48,899 nt of DNA from Candidatus Omnitrophota bacterium (GCA_015233495.1 JADFXQ010000008.1:1-48899), one strand, 5' to 3'. Shown: positions 8,954 to 19,162, counted from the stretch's first letter. A program made the numbers and translations. Notes: generated by a model not told the origin, from the sequence alone.

Positions 8954-9460
8954 ATGGCCAAAAAAATTTTAATCCCCCCTATCCTAACCACCTTTGGACT
9001 CATCTTTGCCGTATCACCGCTTTGGGCAGCCGCGAAAAATGAGGTTAAACCTGCGGCCCCGCCCGTGGTAAAAGAAGAGATTAAAAAAGCCGCAGAAAAA
9101 GCAAAAGAAGAAATAAAAGATATCAAACAAGCGATTAAAGACGAGCGTGCCGAACGAAAAGAAAAAATTGAACATCTTAATAAAGGGAAGCACAACGGTG
9201 AGCATAAAGATAAGGGCCGGCATGAAAAACAGGATAAAAATCATAAAAAAGATCCGGCGCCTCCTCCGGTGAAACCAACCGCGCCACCGCCGGTTGTTCC
9301 TCCTCCCGCGCCTGCGCCTGCTCCGGTTGTCGAACCTCCGGCGCCCGCGCCTGCGCCTGCTCCGGTTGTCGAACCTCCGGCGCCCGCGCCTGCGCCAACG
9401 CAGCCAGAGCCGAAACAGCAGCCGAATGAAGCGCCGCCTCCGCCGTCAGTGCCGTTTTAA
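8954..9460 (+). CDS. Secreted low-complexity protein (Lys/Glu coil, His/Lys patch, Pro-Ala tail)
   Basis: AGGAG RBS, signal peptide MAKKILIPP...LWA, Pro-rich repeats. Confidence 0.75.
   Translation: MAKKILIPPILTTFGLIFAVSPLWAAAKNEVKPAAPPVVKEEIKKAAEKAKEEIKDIKQAIKDERAERKEKIEHLNKGKHNGEHKDKGRHEKQDKNHKKDPAPPPVKPTAPPPVVPPPAPAPAPVVEPPAPAPAPAPVVEPPAPAPAPTQPEPKQQPNEAPPPPSVPF
9305..9396 (+). repeat. 39-bp in-frame tandem repeat (~2.4 copies; PAPAPAPVVEPPA)
   Basis: cccgcgcctgcgcctgctccggttgtcgaacctccggcg x2 plus a partial copy. Confidence 0.9.
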
Positions 9461-9474
9461 TATTGTTTATTAAT

Positions 9475-9508
9475 AAGAAAAGCCAAGCTTAAACGCTTGG
9501 CTTTTCTT
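9475..9508. terminator. Bidirectional terminator between convergent genes
   Basis: aagaaaagccaagc-ttaaac-gcttggcttttctt perfect 14-bp inverted repeat. Confidence 0.85.
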
Positions 9509-9588
9509 GCAAAATAACTCCGATTTTCGCCAGAAAATCGGCGCCCTGCGGACTTCCCCCGGTTCGCGGGGTTTTTAATTGCGCAAAT

Positions 9589-10296
9589 TTACTGAATCGT
9601 TTCTCCCCGCAGAATCGCTGGCAATGGCGCCGCGTCAATCCGCAATCCTCCGCTATGCTCAATTTTAATCGTATACAAAATCCCCGGAATAAAAGCCGTG
9701 CCTGGGGCTTCAATTTGCGCATTTTTAATGCCCAGATTCTGGCGGTATTTTTCACTTAAAGCATAATCCCAAAATTTTTCCCAAAAGCGTTTTTCTATGC
9801 CAATAGGCTGTTCGCTGACCCGATATGCATCCGGCACCGCGAAAGGCCGGGAGATCTGGAATTCCTGAGTGTTCTTGCCGTCCAACAGGAAAACCTTCCA
9901 AAATAAATAAACACTTTTCCCGCGCCACGGGTCGCCTTGGCGGACCAAATCGTTTTCAAAGCGGATAACCAAAGATTGAAACTGAATGATATTCCCGCTA
10001 AAAGAAAAATAGCGCGGCGCCAACGGTTGGCCTGACGTGTCATATTCCAAAAATTTGATCGTGGTCAAATTTTTCCCGGTTTTTTCATCCCGCGTCACTT
10101 TCGTCACTAAAACCTCGGCGGCGCGCGAATCCGCTTCCAGCCGGGAAATCATTTGTTTAAGCGCCGCGTTTTCCCGGCCGAACTTACCCCACCACTGATA
10201 CCCGGCAAAACCCAACAGGCAAATCAAACCGAGCGTAATTATCATTTTAAATAAGTTCATATTGCTGTCCAAATCGGGCATAGATGATAATTTCAT
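9589..10296 (-). CDS. Membrane-anchored hypothetical protein
   Basis: N-terminal TM plus short coiled coil, globular remainder; tightly spaced in operon. Confidence 0.7.
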   Translation of the reverse strand: MKLSSMPDLDSNMNLFKMIITLGLICLLGFAGYQWWGKFGRENAALKQMISRLEADSRAAEVLVTKVTRDEKTGKNLTTIKFLEYDTSGQPLAPRYFSFSGNIIQFQSLVIRFENDLVRQGDPWRGKSVYLFWKVFLLDGKNTQEFQISRPFAVPDAYRVSEQPIGIEKRFWEKFWDYALSEKYRQNLGIKNAQIEAPGTAFIPGILYTIKIEHSGGLRIDAAPLPAILRGETIQ

Positions 10297-10299
10297 TCC

Positions 10300-10686
10300 C
10301 TAGAGCCTCTTCAATATATCATCCATGATTTTCCGCGCCGCGACTTCATCGCCTTTAATCCCGACCCGTATTTCGATCCGCGATCTTTTTTCGTCAATTT
10401 TACGTATATCAATCCAAACCGGTTTTCCATCGTAATAATCACTTTTGATTTGAGTTAAATTATCCTTCACGGTCTCCTTAGTGATTACCAATTTCAAACT
10501 TTTTAGAGTCTCTTGCGCCTGGAGCGCAACTTTATGCATGGGCTGGTTAACTTCCTGAACAATCTTGTTGGATAACCATACCGCAGTTCCCGCCCCGCCC
10601 ACTGCTCCCGCAACCAAAGCGATACAGCCCGAAGCGGCAATGCTCAAAATGATCATCCCAAAACCAAAAAATAATTTCTTGCGCAT
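10300..10686 (-). CDS. DUF3568-like lipoprotein
   Basis: Lipobox ASGC then AGAVGGAG; RIEIRVGIKGDE...I...I.KRL C-terminus. Confidence 0.75.
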   Translation of the reverse strand: MRKKLFFGFGMIILSIAASGCIALVAGAVGGAGTAVWLSNKIVQEVNQPMHKVALQAQETLKSLKLVITKETVKDNLTQIKSDYYDGKPVWIDIRKIDEKRSRIEIRVGIKGDEVAARKIMDDILKRL

Positions 10687-10736
10687 ATTAATTCTCCTCT
10701 ATTTTTCAACTAAATCCCTTAAACCTTGAACCTTTA

Positions 10737-11051
10737 TCACCTATTATCCCCGTCGCCCCGAATTTTCCCTTCCGCCATACGTTTCGCTAATTTCGCGAGG
10801 TTTTCCTCAGCGATCTGATTAAAATCAATGCCCAATTCATGCGCGGTAACCGCGGTGTAATATAAAACATCTCCCAGTTCGCGGGTACAGCGTTTTTTTA
10901 GTTCTTCCCGGTCAAAATCGCCGCGCAAATGTTTATTGATACATTCGAGCAGCTCGCCAGCTTCGCCGGAAACTCCCAAAAAAGAGCGGATAAATTTTTC
11001 ACCGCCGATCCAGGTGTTTAAACATTTTTTTTGGTATTCCTGAAAATCCAT
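10737..11051 (-). CDS. MazG-like nucleoside triphosphate pyrophosphohydrolase
   Basis: MDFQEYQ, LGVSGEAGE, ELGDVLYY, NLAKL..R, GDGDNR. Confidence 0.9.
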   Translation of the reverse strand: MDFQEYQKKCLNTWIGGEKFIRSFLGVSGEAGELLECINKHLRGDFDREELKKRCTRELGDVLYYTAVTAHELGIDFNQIAEENLAKLAKRMAEGKIRGDGDNR

Positions 11052-11057
11052 ATCTCC

Positions 11058-11774
11058 TCACTTTTCAGCTGCCGCATTTAATAAAAAAATCGCGGGCCGC
11101 TTGTCTAAAACAACGGTAGTTTTCCGCCATTCCCGCACAGTCATGGTTTGAATGCTTTGGGACGCGGCCGTTAGATCAACCGCCACGCAGAGCCGAGTCT
11201 CCGGGCCGCAGACAGTGAGCGCCTCGCGTAACAACGCCGCGTTGCGATAGGGTGTTTCCATAAAAATCTGCGTCTGCCCTTCGCTGGCGGAACGCCGCTC
11301 CAGGAATTTGATTTTTTTCTCGCGTTCGTTTTTCTCCTTTGGCAAATATCCATTGAACGCGAAATTCTGCCCGTTCAATCCTGACCCCATCAGCGCCAGC
11401 AAAATAGCTGATGGCCCGACGAGCGGATAAATCGGACGGCCTTGGCGGCGCGCGCCGGAGACAAAATCCGCGCCCGGGTCTGCTACGCACGGGCATCCCG
11501 CTTGCGAAATCACGCCGACAGCCTGCCCCGCGGTCTGTTGCAATAATCCGGCAATCTCGGATCGCCGCGTATGTTCATTCAACAATAAAAATACGCATTC
11601 CGGCACAGGAAATCCCGAATCAATTTTTTTTAAAAATCTTATCGCCGATTTTTGGTCCTCTACGACAAAACAACGTAACGGCAAAACCGCTGCGATAACC
11701 ATCGGAGCCAAAGCCGCGAAACCGTTTTGTTCGTCGATAGGACAAGGGATAAGATATACCGGATTCAAAGACAT
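11058..11774 (-). CDS. Tetrapyrrole-methylase-family SAM methyltransferase (RsmI-like)
   Basis: SQAGCPCVADPG, VGPSAILLALMGSGLNGQNFAFNGYLP, FMETPYRN. Confidence 0.85.
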   Translation of the reverse strand: MSLNPVYLIPCPIDEQNGFAALAPMVIAAVLPLRCFVVEDQKSAIRFLKKIDSGFPVPECVFLLLNEHTRRSEIAGLLQQTAGQAVGVISQAGCPCVADPGADFVSGARRQGRPIYPLVGPSAILLALMGSGLNGQNFAFNGYLPKEKNEREKKIKFLERRSASEGQTQIFMETPYRNAALLREALTVCGPETRLCVAVDLTAASQSIQTMTVREWRKTTVVLDKRPAIFLLNAAAEK

Positions 11775-11783
11775 ACGCCCTCT

Positions 11784-13352
11784 TTATGGTTTTTCCAGCT
11801 GTTCCAACGCCTGTCGCGCGGCCGTCATCCCCGGCGCGATCTTGATAATTTGCCGGTAATCCTGCCGGGCCTTTTCCCGGTCGCCGATTTTGATATACAC
11901 GGCCGCCCGATTAAAATAAGCGATCACCAATCCCGGATCAAGCGCCAGGCTAAAAGAAAAATCCGCTAACGCATTTTGCCATTTTCCCATTTCGTAATAT
12001 AAATAACCTCGGTTATTATACCCCGCCGGATTAGACGGGTCCAATGCTAAAGCCTGATTAAAGTCGCGCCAAGCCGGAAAAAATTTACCCCGGCGGCCAA
12101 ATTCACTCCCGCGGTTGCGGTAGGCTTGAACTTCCCGGGGATATTTTTTTATAACATCGCTCCATAGCGTAATTCCGTCTTGCCAAACCGTGCAGCGCTG
12201 CCACGCCATAACTGCGAAAAGCAGGACTATGCCGCAAGCGCACCAGCGTCTTTTTTTGACTGCCGGTCCTTCGCCGGCTCCCCAAAACCCGGCGGCAATA
12301 AAAAAAAGACCGATATAAGCAACATAAGTATAACGATCGGCCAAAAGCGAGTTGTTCAGGTTGACAAAACCAGCGGTTAACAATATCAGAGTGTAAAAAA
12401 ACAATAACCCAAATAAAACAAGCCGCTGCTTCCGGGCCAAATAAAACAAACCCGCGGTTACCGCGATCAAAACAAAAGGCGCGGCGTAAAATTCCGCTGG
12501 ATAATAACCGTTAATTTTTTCCGGAAAAGGATAAAAACCCGATAACTGAACCGGAAAAACCGCTTTCCATAAATACGTCAAAACTGCCATGCTGCCGAAA
12601 TAAATCTGGTCGATCCCCGGATACGGCGTCGCCAAACCTAGAGGCCGCTGGGCTAAGCCGATCGTGCCGAATATGACGGACAAGACAAAAAATGGCGTTT
12701 TGATCAGCCAATCCCGGCAGCGTAACCGGCCGTGCCAATAATAATCAAGCAATAAAAGCGCCAGCGGCAAAGTCACCGCAGCGGGTTTAGATAAAAGCGA
12801 ACCGATAAAAAGCAAAAAAACCGGCCAAGTCCAGTTTCCCGATTTACCGTCGCGGCTGTGCTGGCTGTAAAAGATCAAAGCGGCCAAATAAAAAAACGCG
12901 TACAGTACGTCTTTGCGCTCGACGATCCAGGCTACAGACTCGACGTGCATCGGATGGACGCCGAATAAAGCCGCGGCCAACCAAGCGCTAAACATCCGTC
13001 CGCGGGTTAAAATCAAAATCAACGCGAAAACCAAAATCGTGTTCGCCGCGTGCAAAAGGAGGTTATGGAAAATGTAAACCCCGGCCGCGGCTTTAAAAAA
13101 ATGATACTCCGCCGCGAAAGAAAGCAAGGTCAACGGATGGTATTGATGATATTGAACCCGCCAGGTGGCGAACATCCGGCCAACCGCCGGCCAACTGAAT
13201 TCCTGAACTAACGGATTATTGAGAATGTATTTATTGTCATCCCAATACGTGAATTGATGGGATAAGCAATTGACAAAAACAATAAAAACCAATATGGCTA
13301 ACAAACTAGCCAAAAAAAATATTTTCCGTAGTTGGATTACGTCGAAATGCAT
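11784..13352 (-). CDS. TMTC-like GT-C membrane glycosyltransferase with C-terminal TPRs
   Basis: WDD, YHPLT, HPMHVESVAWIVERKD, LLSK, ADRYTY, TLW, then TPR repeats. Confidence 0.85.
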   Translation of the reverse strand: MHFDVIQLRKIFFLASLLAILVFIVFVNCLSHQFTYWDDNKYILNNPLVQEFSWPAVGRMFATWRVQYHQYHPLTLLSFAAEYHFFKAAAGVYIFHNLLLHAANTILVFALILILTRGRMFSAWLAAALFGVHPMHVESVAWIVERKDVLYAFFYLAALIFYSQHSRDGKSGNWTWPVFLLFIGSLLSKPAAVTLPLALLLLDYYWHGRLRCRDWLIKTPFFVLSVIFGTIGLAQRPLGLATPYPGIDQIYFGSMAVLTYLWKAVFPVQLSGFYPFPEKINGYYPAEFYAAPFVLIAVTAGLFYLARKQRLVLFGLLFFYTLILLTAGFVNLNNSLLADRYTYVAYIGLFFIAAGFWGAGEGPAVKKRRWCACGIVLLFAVMAWQRCTVWQDGITLWSDVIKKYPREVQAYRNRGSEFGRRGKFFPAWRDFNQALALDPSNPAGYNNRGYLYYEMGKWQNALADFSFSLALDPGLVIAYFNRAAVYIKIGDREKARQDYRQIIKIAPGMTAARQALEQLEKP

Positions 13353-14998
13353 TACCCTTCCTCTTTTTGCCGGTCAACGGGTATCCGCAAGGTGAAGACC
13401 GTCCCTTTTCCAACCTCGCTCTTTACCCCGACGTTGCCTTTATGATTCTCCATAATGCGGTACACAATCGATAAACCCAAACCCGTTCCCACTCCCACCT
13501 CTTTGGTGGTAAAAAACGGATCAAAAATCCGGGGCAGATTTTCCGCGGGAATGCCGTAACCCGTGTCTTCTACCGCAACACAACAAAAATTCTCTTCTCG
13601 ATATGTCTTAATTGTCAATGTCCCGCTCCCCGAAGTGGCCTGAGCCGCGTTGATGAATAGATTGACAAATACCTGGACCAATTGCTGCGGATAACACTGC
13701 AACGGCTCCAAAACCCCATATTCTTTTCTGACATTCAATTTATGCTGAAATTCATTGCGCACCATATTCAACGCCTCGTCAATCAAATTATGGATGTCCA
13801 CCCTGCTGCTTTTTTCCGCGTCCGGCCGGGAAAAAGCCATCAGCGACGAAACGATTTTTTTTACCCGTTCTGCTCCCTCTTCGGTTTCGGCAATCAATTT
13901 CTCCAAATCCGCGATAATGTAATCCAAATCCAACGCGGTCTTCAGCTCCGCCAATTCCGCGGCCGCGCGTGCCGCCGCCGGATCCGCAAGCCCAGTCAGC
14001 TGTTTTTCCACCGCGCAATATTTATCGAGCATCCTGCGGATTTTCGCGATGTACTGGTTCAACGAATACAAATTGCTGCGGATGAATCCGATCGGGTTAT
14101 TGATTTCATGCGCCACACCGGCGGCCAATTGCCCGACGGAAGCCATTTTTTCCGCTTGGAGCAATTGTTGATTCGCCACCGCCAATTCGACGACCCGCTC
14201 GTTCACTTCTTCTTGCAAATGCCGGCGGTGGATTTCCAATTCCTGATCGCGGCGTTCGATCTGCTCCAACATATCATTAAAACTGTTTTGCAAAACGCCC
14301 AATTCATCCCGAGAGTTCACCGCGGCCCGGCGAGAATAATTTTGATCCTTCGAGACCCGCGCCATCAGAGCGGCTAAATCGACAATCGGTTGCACAATAA
14401 TTTTTTGCAAGCGCGATAAAAACAAAAGCGCCGCTAAAAACGCGGCGCAATGCGCCCAAAAAATCCGGCGCAGCATTTTCGCGCCTTCTTCATGCGCTTT
14501 GCGGTCCGATATGCCGATGACCACATCTCCCAAGACTTCCGTGCCGAAAGAAATCGACATAAATACATCATGTACCGCGCCTCCCCGGCGCACCTGAATG
14601 ATAAAATCGGCTAAAGCGCTGTTTTTCGGCAATGCGGCCAAAGCGGCCTGGGCCTCCGGAGTGGAAAAATTGATGCTCGCGAACATATTGGTAATCAATC
14701 GATGGCGGTCGTCATAAATAACGGTATAGACGACATTGGGATCATTGGTGATTTTATTGACGATATTGTCCAATTGCAGATAATCTTTGTTGAGAATCGG
14801 ATCCGCGCATAAGTCAGCAATATACCGGCCGATATTTTTCCCATGATTAGTCAATATTTGCCCCATGGACCGCAATTCATTGGGGATGATCAGCCCGACG
14901 GAAATCAATCCCGAAACCCCGAGACTGATAAAGACAATAACCAAAAATTTTAAACGCAAACCCTGCCGGGCCGGTTGGGGAGGAAAAATTTGATTCAT
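13352..14998 (-). CDS. Sensor histidine kinase (periplasmic sensor, HAMP, NtrB-type HisKA, HATPase)
   Basis: AHEINNP, NLFINAAQA, DTGYGI, FDPFFTTK, GTGLGL. Confidence 0.92.
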   Translation of the reverse strand: MNQIFPPQPARQGLRLKFLVIVFISLGVSGLISVGLIIPNELRSMGQILTNHGKNIGRYIADLCADPILNKDYLQLDNIVNKITNDPNVVYTVIYDDRHRLITNMFASINFSTPEAQAALAALPKNSALADFIIQVRRGGAVHDVFMSISFGTEVLGDVVIGISDRKAHEEGAKMLRRIFWAHCAAFLAALLFLSRLQKIIVQPIVDLAALMARVSKDQNYSRRAAVNSRDELGVLQNSFNDMLEQIERRDQELEIHRRHLQEEVNERVVELAVANQQLLQAEKMASVGQLAAGVAHEINNPIGFIRSNLYSLNQYIAKIRRMLDKYCAVEKQLTGLADPAAARAAAELAELKTALDLDYIIADLEKLIAETEEGAERVKKIVSSLMAFSRPDAEKSSRVDIHNLIDEALNMVRNEFQHKLNVRKEYGVLEPLQCYPQQLVQVFVNLFINAAQATSGSGTLTIKTYREENFCCVAVEDTGYGIPAENLPRIFDPFFTTKEVGVGTGLGLSIVYRIMENHKGNVGVKSEVGKGTVFTLRIPVDRQKEEG

Positions 14999-15005
14999 GC
15001 CAGCT

Positions 15006-15956
15006 CTATTTTTGGGTTTCGCGGATCAATGATTCCGGGACCGTAATCCCGCAAGCGCGTCCCGTGGCTTGATTAATTCTGATTTGAATCTTCTGCGGAC
15101 GGGCGATCGGAATATCCGCAGGTTTAAGCCCTTTTTGCAGAATTTGCGCGGCTTGTTTAACCGCGACCAGACAAGAATCCGCGTTCACCGAGCCCACTGC
15201 CAAAAAAACTCCCTCTTGAGCATAATCCAAAACGTGGGTGATCGTCGGAATTCTCAATTTCGTCAACGCCGCGATGATCGGACGCGCTTTCATGTCCACC
15301 ACGCCGCTCCCGGTTAAAAACACCGCCTCCACCCTGCCGGGCAAATAACGGAACATCAAATCCGGATCATCCGCAGCCAAAAGCGGCACCGGGATGATCG
15401 TGATATGCAACGCCCGGCTGTGCGCCAGCAAATTTTTTAAATGGGATTCCGAATTTTTTTCGCCCGGCGTATAAATTACCGCCAAATTTTTAACCGGGAT
15501 GATCTTTTGTAAAAAAACGACCACTTCTTCCACCCCGACATAGACACTGGCTCCGGTCATATTATTGCCCGAACTTTGCCAGCTGGCGGCAAATCCAGCG
15601 TCAACCGGATCGTAAACCGTGCAAAAAACGATCGGGACATCTTTGACTTCTTTCGCTAAGGCCGCCGTGGCTGAGGTGCCGATCGTAAAAAACAAATCCA
15701 TTTTTTGCGCGGCGTAATGTTGCGCGACTTTCATCGCCTTGGCTTTATTCCCGTCGGAATATTCCACGCTAACCACTGTCCCGCCGCTCAACAGACCTTC
15801 GGTTTTCAATTGGCTCAAAGTCTTATCCAAGCTGTCCTGAAACCGGCCGTATTTTTGCCAGACTAAAATTCCGATCTTGCGCTCTGCCGCGGCGGATAAA
15901 ATTTGCGGCGCGGCCAGCGCCGTAACCAGCAGAAGCATAAACCCTAACCGTTTCAT
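15006..15956 (-). CDS. ABC-type substrate-binding protein (ABC_sub_bind family), no adjacent permease
   Basis: Signal peptide; PIVFCTVYDPV, NNMTGAS, QAAQILQ.G.KPADIPI, INQAT. Confidence 0.85.
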   Translation of the reverse strand: MKRLGFMLLLVTALAAPQILSAAAERKIGILVWQKYGRFQDSLDKTLSQLKTEGLLSGGTVVSVEYSDGNKAKAMKVAQHYAAQKMDLFFTIGTSATAALAKEVKDVPIVFCTVYDPVDAGFAASWQSSGNNMTGASVYVGVEEVVVFLQKIIPVKNLAVIYTPGEKNSESHLKNLLAHSRALHITIIPVPLLAADDPDLMFRYLPGRVEAVFLTGSGVVDMKARPIIAALTKLRIPTITHVLDYAQEGVFLAVGSVNADSCLVAVKQAAQILQKGLKPADIPIARPQKIQIRINQATGRACGITVPESLIRETQK

Positions 15957-16690
15957 TGGCCACCCTCGATCACGCTGCCCGAGAGCAATTCCCGCACCCC
16001 GTTCACATTCTGCACATACACTTCCGGCGGAAATTCAATGCTCTGTTTTGCCTGTTCGACAATCAACTTGCGCAAAAAGGTCTGCTGCTTATTATCTTGA
16101 GCATTATACAACGGATGCGCGCTTAAATCATTAACGAGAACAATCACCGGCTCCCGCGAAAATTCCAGCGGCTTGAGTATGCGGCTGACTAAAGCGTAAA
16201 GAAAACTCGGCTTGTCATTAAATATCTCCACGGCGGTTTTAAAAATGATCTTGCCCCAAGATTCATCCAGCATTTTTTGCAGCAGGCCATAACAAAGCGA
16301 ATACCGAATCAACCGCTGTTCGCCGGGTTTAATTTTAAACGAAGCGTTAAAAATCATCTGCGCCAATTCGCTGTCGCTGAAATTGGTTTTCTCGCGATGG
16401 AAATCAAACGTCAAAAGATCAAACTGATAAACCCCGCGCATCCGCGGCGCGGCTTGTTTCATCGACCGGTCCAGCAAATCTTTCGCCGAGTCCCATAAAA
16501 AATCCTCGTCTTTGCGGATCAGGGTCACGACAAATAACCGGCATTCTTGGCCCTCCCGGACCGCGCTATAGCGCTGGACGTTTTCCTGTTGCAGTCCTTG
16601 ATAATAAATCGCGTCAAACCGCGGCAAATGCTTGAAAAGATCGGAAGCAGGAAAATCAGAATGGATAAGATTGAGCGGTTGAAAAGCCAT
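15953..16690 (-). CDS. Hypothetical cytoplasmic protein
   Basis: 245-aa ORF coupled to both neighbours (3-nt gap and 4-nt overlap); no motif recognised. Confidence 0.7.
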   Translation of the reverse strand: MAFQPLNLIHSDFPASDLFKHLPRFDAIYYQGLQQENVQRYSAVREGQECRLFVVTLIRKDEDFLWDSAKDLLDRSMKQAAPRMRGVYQFDLLTFDFHREKTNFSDSELAQMIFNASFKIKPGEQRLIRYSLCYGLLQKMLDESWGKIIFKTAVEIFNDKPSFLYALVSRILKPLEFSREPVIVLVNDLSAHPLYNAQDNKQQTFLRKLIVEQAKQSIEFPPEVYVQNVNGVRELLSGSVIEGGQ

Positions 16691-16693
16691 GTT

Positions 16694-18670
16694 TTATACC
16701 CGAATCGGTAAAATCATGAACGGTATGCCTTGCCCGTAAAACCGGCGCTGCATTTCAAAAACCGTGAAGTTATGCAACCAGCGCGTAAAAATGGTTTCAT
16801 TGACGAAAACCAATTGCCCGCCGAAGAAAACCGCGTTGGGAAATTTTTGAAAAATCTCCGCGCCGAGCTTGTCAATTTCCGCGATCAAGTCCGTGGCCAC
16901 ATGCGTCACGCCTTCGGCGTAATAACCTTGCCGCCGCATAAACTGGACATAACGGCTGACATCGTGTTTGACCTTTTCTTCCAAGGCCGATACCTGATGA
17001 ACGCCTTTAAAATTCCCCGCGTCCAAAATCCCGATCTCGACAAAAACAAAATTCTGAAATTCATTGCCAAAATAACGAATGACGTTAAACAGGGTGTGCA
17101 GTCCCAATCCGTTAAATCCATTGACCATGATCACCGCGGTTTTCGCCCGGGGGTTCAGTTTGATTTCGTTTCCGGCCGACTCTCTTTCCGACACGGATAA
17201 ATCCGCAGAATGCACCAAGGTGTCCAAACGTTTTAACAACTTTAAAGTTTCTTTATATTGGCTTTTAATAAAAAAAGCCAAACCGACTAACGAACCTGTC
17301 ACGACTAAGGTAATCCAGCCGCCTTCCTCAAATTTGACTACCGTGACCGAAACCAGAATAAACGCGCTCGCCAATAAACCCACGCCGTTGATCAAAATTT
17401 TACTTTTCCATTTTTTGACGGTTTGGCGCTCTTGCCACCAATGCCGCACCATGCCCAACTGGGAGAAGCAAAACGTGATAAATACGTTGATACTGTACAG
17501 AATGATTAAAAATTTTACCGACCCCTTGGATAAAATCATTAAAAGTATACTGCCGGCGCCAAACAACAAAATGCCGTTTTGCGTCACCAGCCGGTCGCTT
17601 AACGTCGCGAATTTCGTCGGGAACCAGCGGTCCGCCGCCATATTCGCCAAAACGCTCGGCCCGCCCACAAACCCGGTCTGCGCGGCGACAAAAAGGATTA
17701 AGGCTTCGGATATCAAACTGACCAAAACAAACACGCTTCCCCAATTTCCCCAATTTTTCGCGATGGATTCAAATAAAACCGCGTTGAGTGTTTTGCCCGG
17801 TACCGCGTGCACGTTATAAAACAGATAAGCCAGCATCAAACCAAAAACCGTAAAAGCCAAAGAAACCGACATATACAGCATGGTTTTTTTACCGGTTTTG
17901 ACTTTGGGTTCCCTTAGATTTGATATGCTATTGCTGACCGCTTCAATCCCGGTATAAGTTCCCGCGCCTAAGCTATACGCCCGGAAAATCAAAAGCAGCA
18001 TCCCCCATATTCCCAGAGTATTCGTGGTTGTCGCGACATCCTGAATGGTGGAATGGATCACGGCGGAGGATTGCGAAACGTGATGCGAGATCGCGTAAAG
18101 AATAATAATCAAATGGGTTAAAACGAATAACAAAAACAAGGGCAAGAGAACTAAAACCGATTCTTTCACGCCGCGGATGTTCAAGATAATCAAAAGGCCC
18201 AGCGCGCCGACCGCGAACGCTACTTTATATTGGTGCCAATCTAAGGGAAGAAAACTGAATAAGGCATCCGAACCGCTGGCAATAGAAAGGGTGATCGTTA
18301 AAAGATAATCGATAATCAAAGCGCAGCCGGAAACCATGCCGATCCCCGGTGAAAGAAGTTTGCTGGCCACCAAATACCCGCCGCCGCCGGAAGGAAAAAC
18401 TTCAATGATTTGCGAATAACTCGCGCTAATGATAAAAACCGTAAACGCAGTGGCTAAAGCCACAAAAATGCTCAGATAGGTATGACCTTGCAAGGCTAAA
18501 AAGGCTTCTTCCGGGCCGTAACAGGAAGAAGATAAACCATCCGCGCCCAAACCTACCCAGGCAAAAAAAGCGATGAGCGATATACTATGAAATACGCCCC
18601 GGTCATGCGGGTCTAAAGCCTTGCCAATGACCGCGTCTTTGATTTTTTGAAACCACATAGAAGTTATCAA
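16694..18670 (-). CDS. APC-family permease, KimA-like probable K+ transporter
   Basis: ADGLSSSCYGPEE, YSQII..FPSGGGGY, TGIEAVSN, ~12 TM plus cytoplasmic C-domain. Confidence 0.8.
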   Translation of the reverse strand: MITSMWFQKIKDAVIGKALDPHDRGVFHSISLIAFFAWVGLGADGLSSSCYGPEEAFLALQGHTYLSIFVALATAFTVFIISASYSQIIEVFPSGGGGYLVASKLLSPGIGMVSGCALIIDYLLTITLSIASGSDALFSFLPLDWHQYKVAFAVGALGLLIILNIRGVKESVLVLLPLFLLFVLTHLIIILYAISHHVSQSSAVIHSTIQDVATTTNTLGIWGMLLLIFRAYSLGAGTYTGIEAVSNSISNLREPKVKTGKKTMLYMSVSLAFTVFGLMLAYLFYNVHAVPGKTLNAVLFESIAKNWGNWGSVFVLVSLISEALILFVAAQTGFVGGPSVLANMAADRWFPTKFATLSDRLVTQNGILLFGAGSILLMILSKGSVKFLIILYSINVFITFCFSQLGMVRHWWQERQTVKKWKSKILINGVGLLASAFILVSVTVVKFEEGGWITLVVTGSLVGLAFFIKSQYKETLKLLKRLDTLVHSADLSVSERESAGNEIKLNPRAKTAVIMVNGFNGLGLHTLFNVIRYFGNEFQNFVFVEIGILDAGNFKGVHQVSALEEKVKHDVSRYVQFMRRQGYYAEGVTHVATDLIAEIDKLGAEIFQKFPNAVFFGGQLVFVNETIFTRWLHNFTVFEMQRRFYGQGIPFMILPIRV

Positions 18671-18738
18671 TCCCTTTCGCGACTATTATAGGATATGCCG
18701 TCGGCTTTCCTATTGTTTTTTAGGTTCTTTTATAAATA

Positions 18739-18763
18739 GAAAAGCCAGAGGTATGCTCTGGCT
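18739..18763 (-). terminator. Intrinsic terminator after glnK
   Basis: agccagag-gtatg-ctctggct stem with T tract on minus strand. Confidence 0.65.
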
Positions 18764-18802
18764 CTTCTCTATTATCTTCAAGAATGACTTGCTGTCAATA
18801 AT

Positions 18803-19144
18803 CTATCCGATGGCTACCGGTCCCTTCTCTTCAGTCCGGATACGGATACATTCCTGCAGATCCATGACAAAAATCTTGCCGTCTCCGGTTGAACCGGTTT
18901 TCGCGCCTCGGACAATCGCTTGAATCGTCCGGTTTAAAAAACTATCATTCACCGCGATTTCCAAGCGGATCTTCCTTAACAAGTTGCCGGTTTCTTTCGC
19001 GCCGCGGTAAACTTCCGTGATACCCTTTTGCCGGCCATGCCCCAAAACTTCACTGACCGTAATCAAATTCACTTCTTCCTTATACAATTCCTTTTTCACC
19101 TGCTCTAACCGATGCGGTTGAATAATCGCGATAATCAGTTTCAT
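18803..19144 (-). CDS. glnK: P-II nitrogen regulatory protein
   Basis: AIIQP, GHGRQKG.TEVYRG, TGSTGDGKIFV, RIRT; adjacent to amtB. Confidence 0.95.
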   Translation of the reverse strand: MKLIIAIIQPHRLEQVKKELYKEEVNLITVSEVLGHGRQKGITEVYRGAKETGNLLRKIRLEIAVNDSFLNRTIQAIVRGAKTGSTGDGKIFVMDLQECIRIRTEEKGPVAIG

Positions 19145-19162
19145 AATTTTATCCTTTCATTA

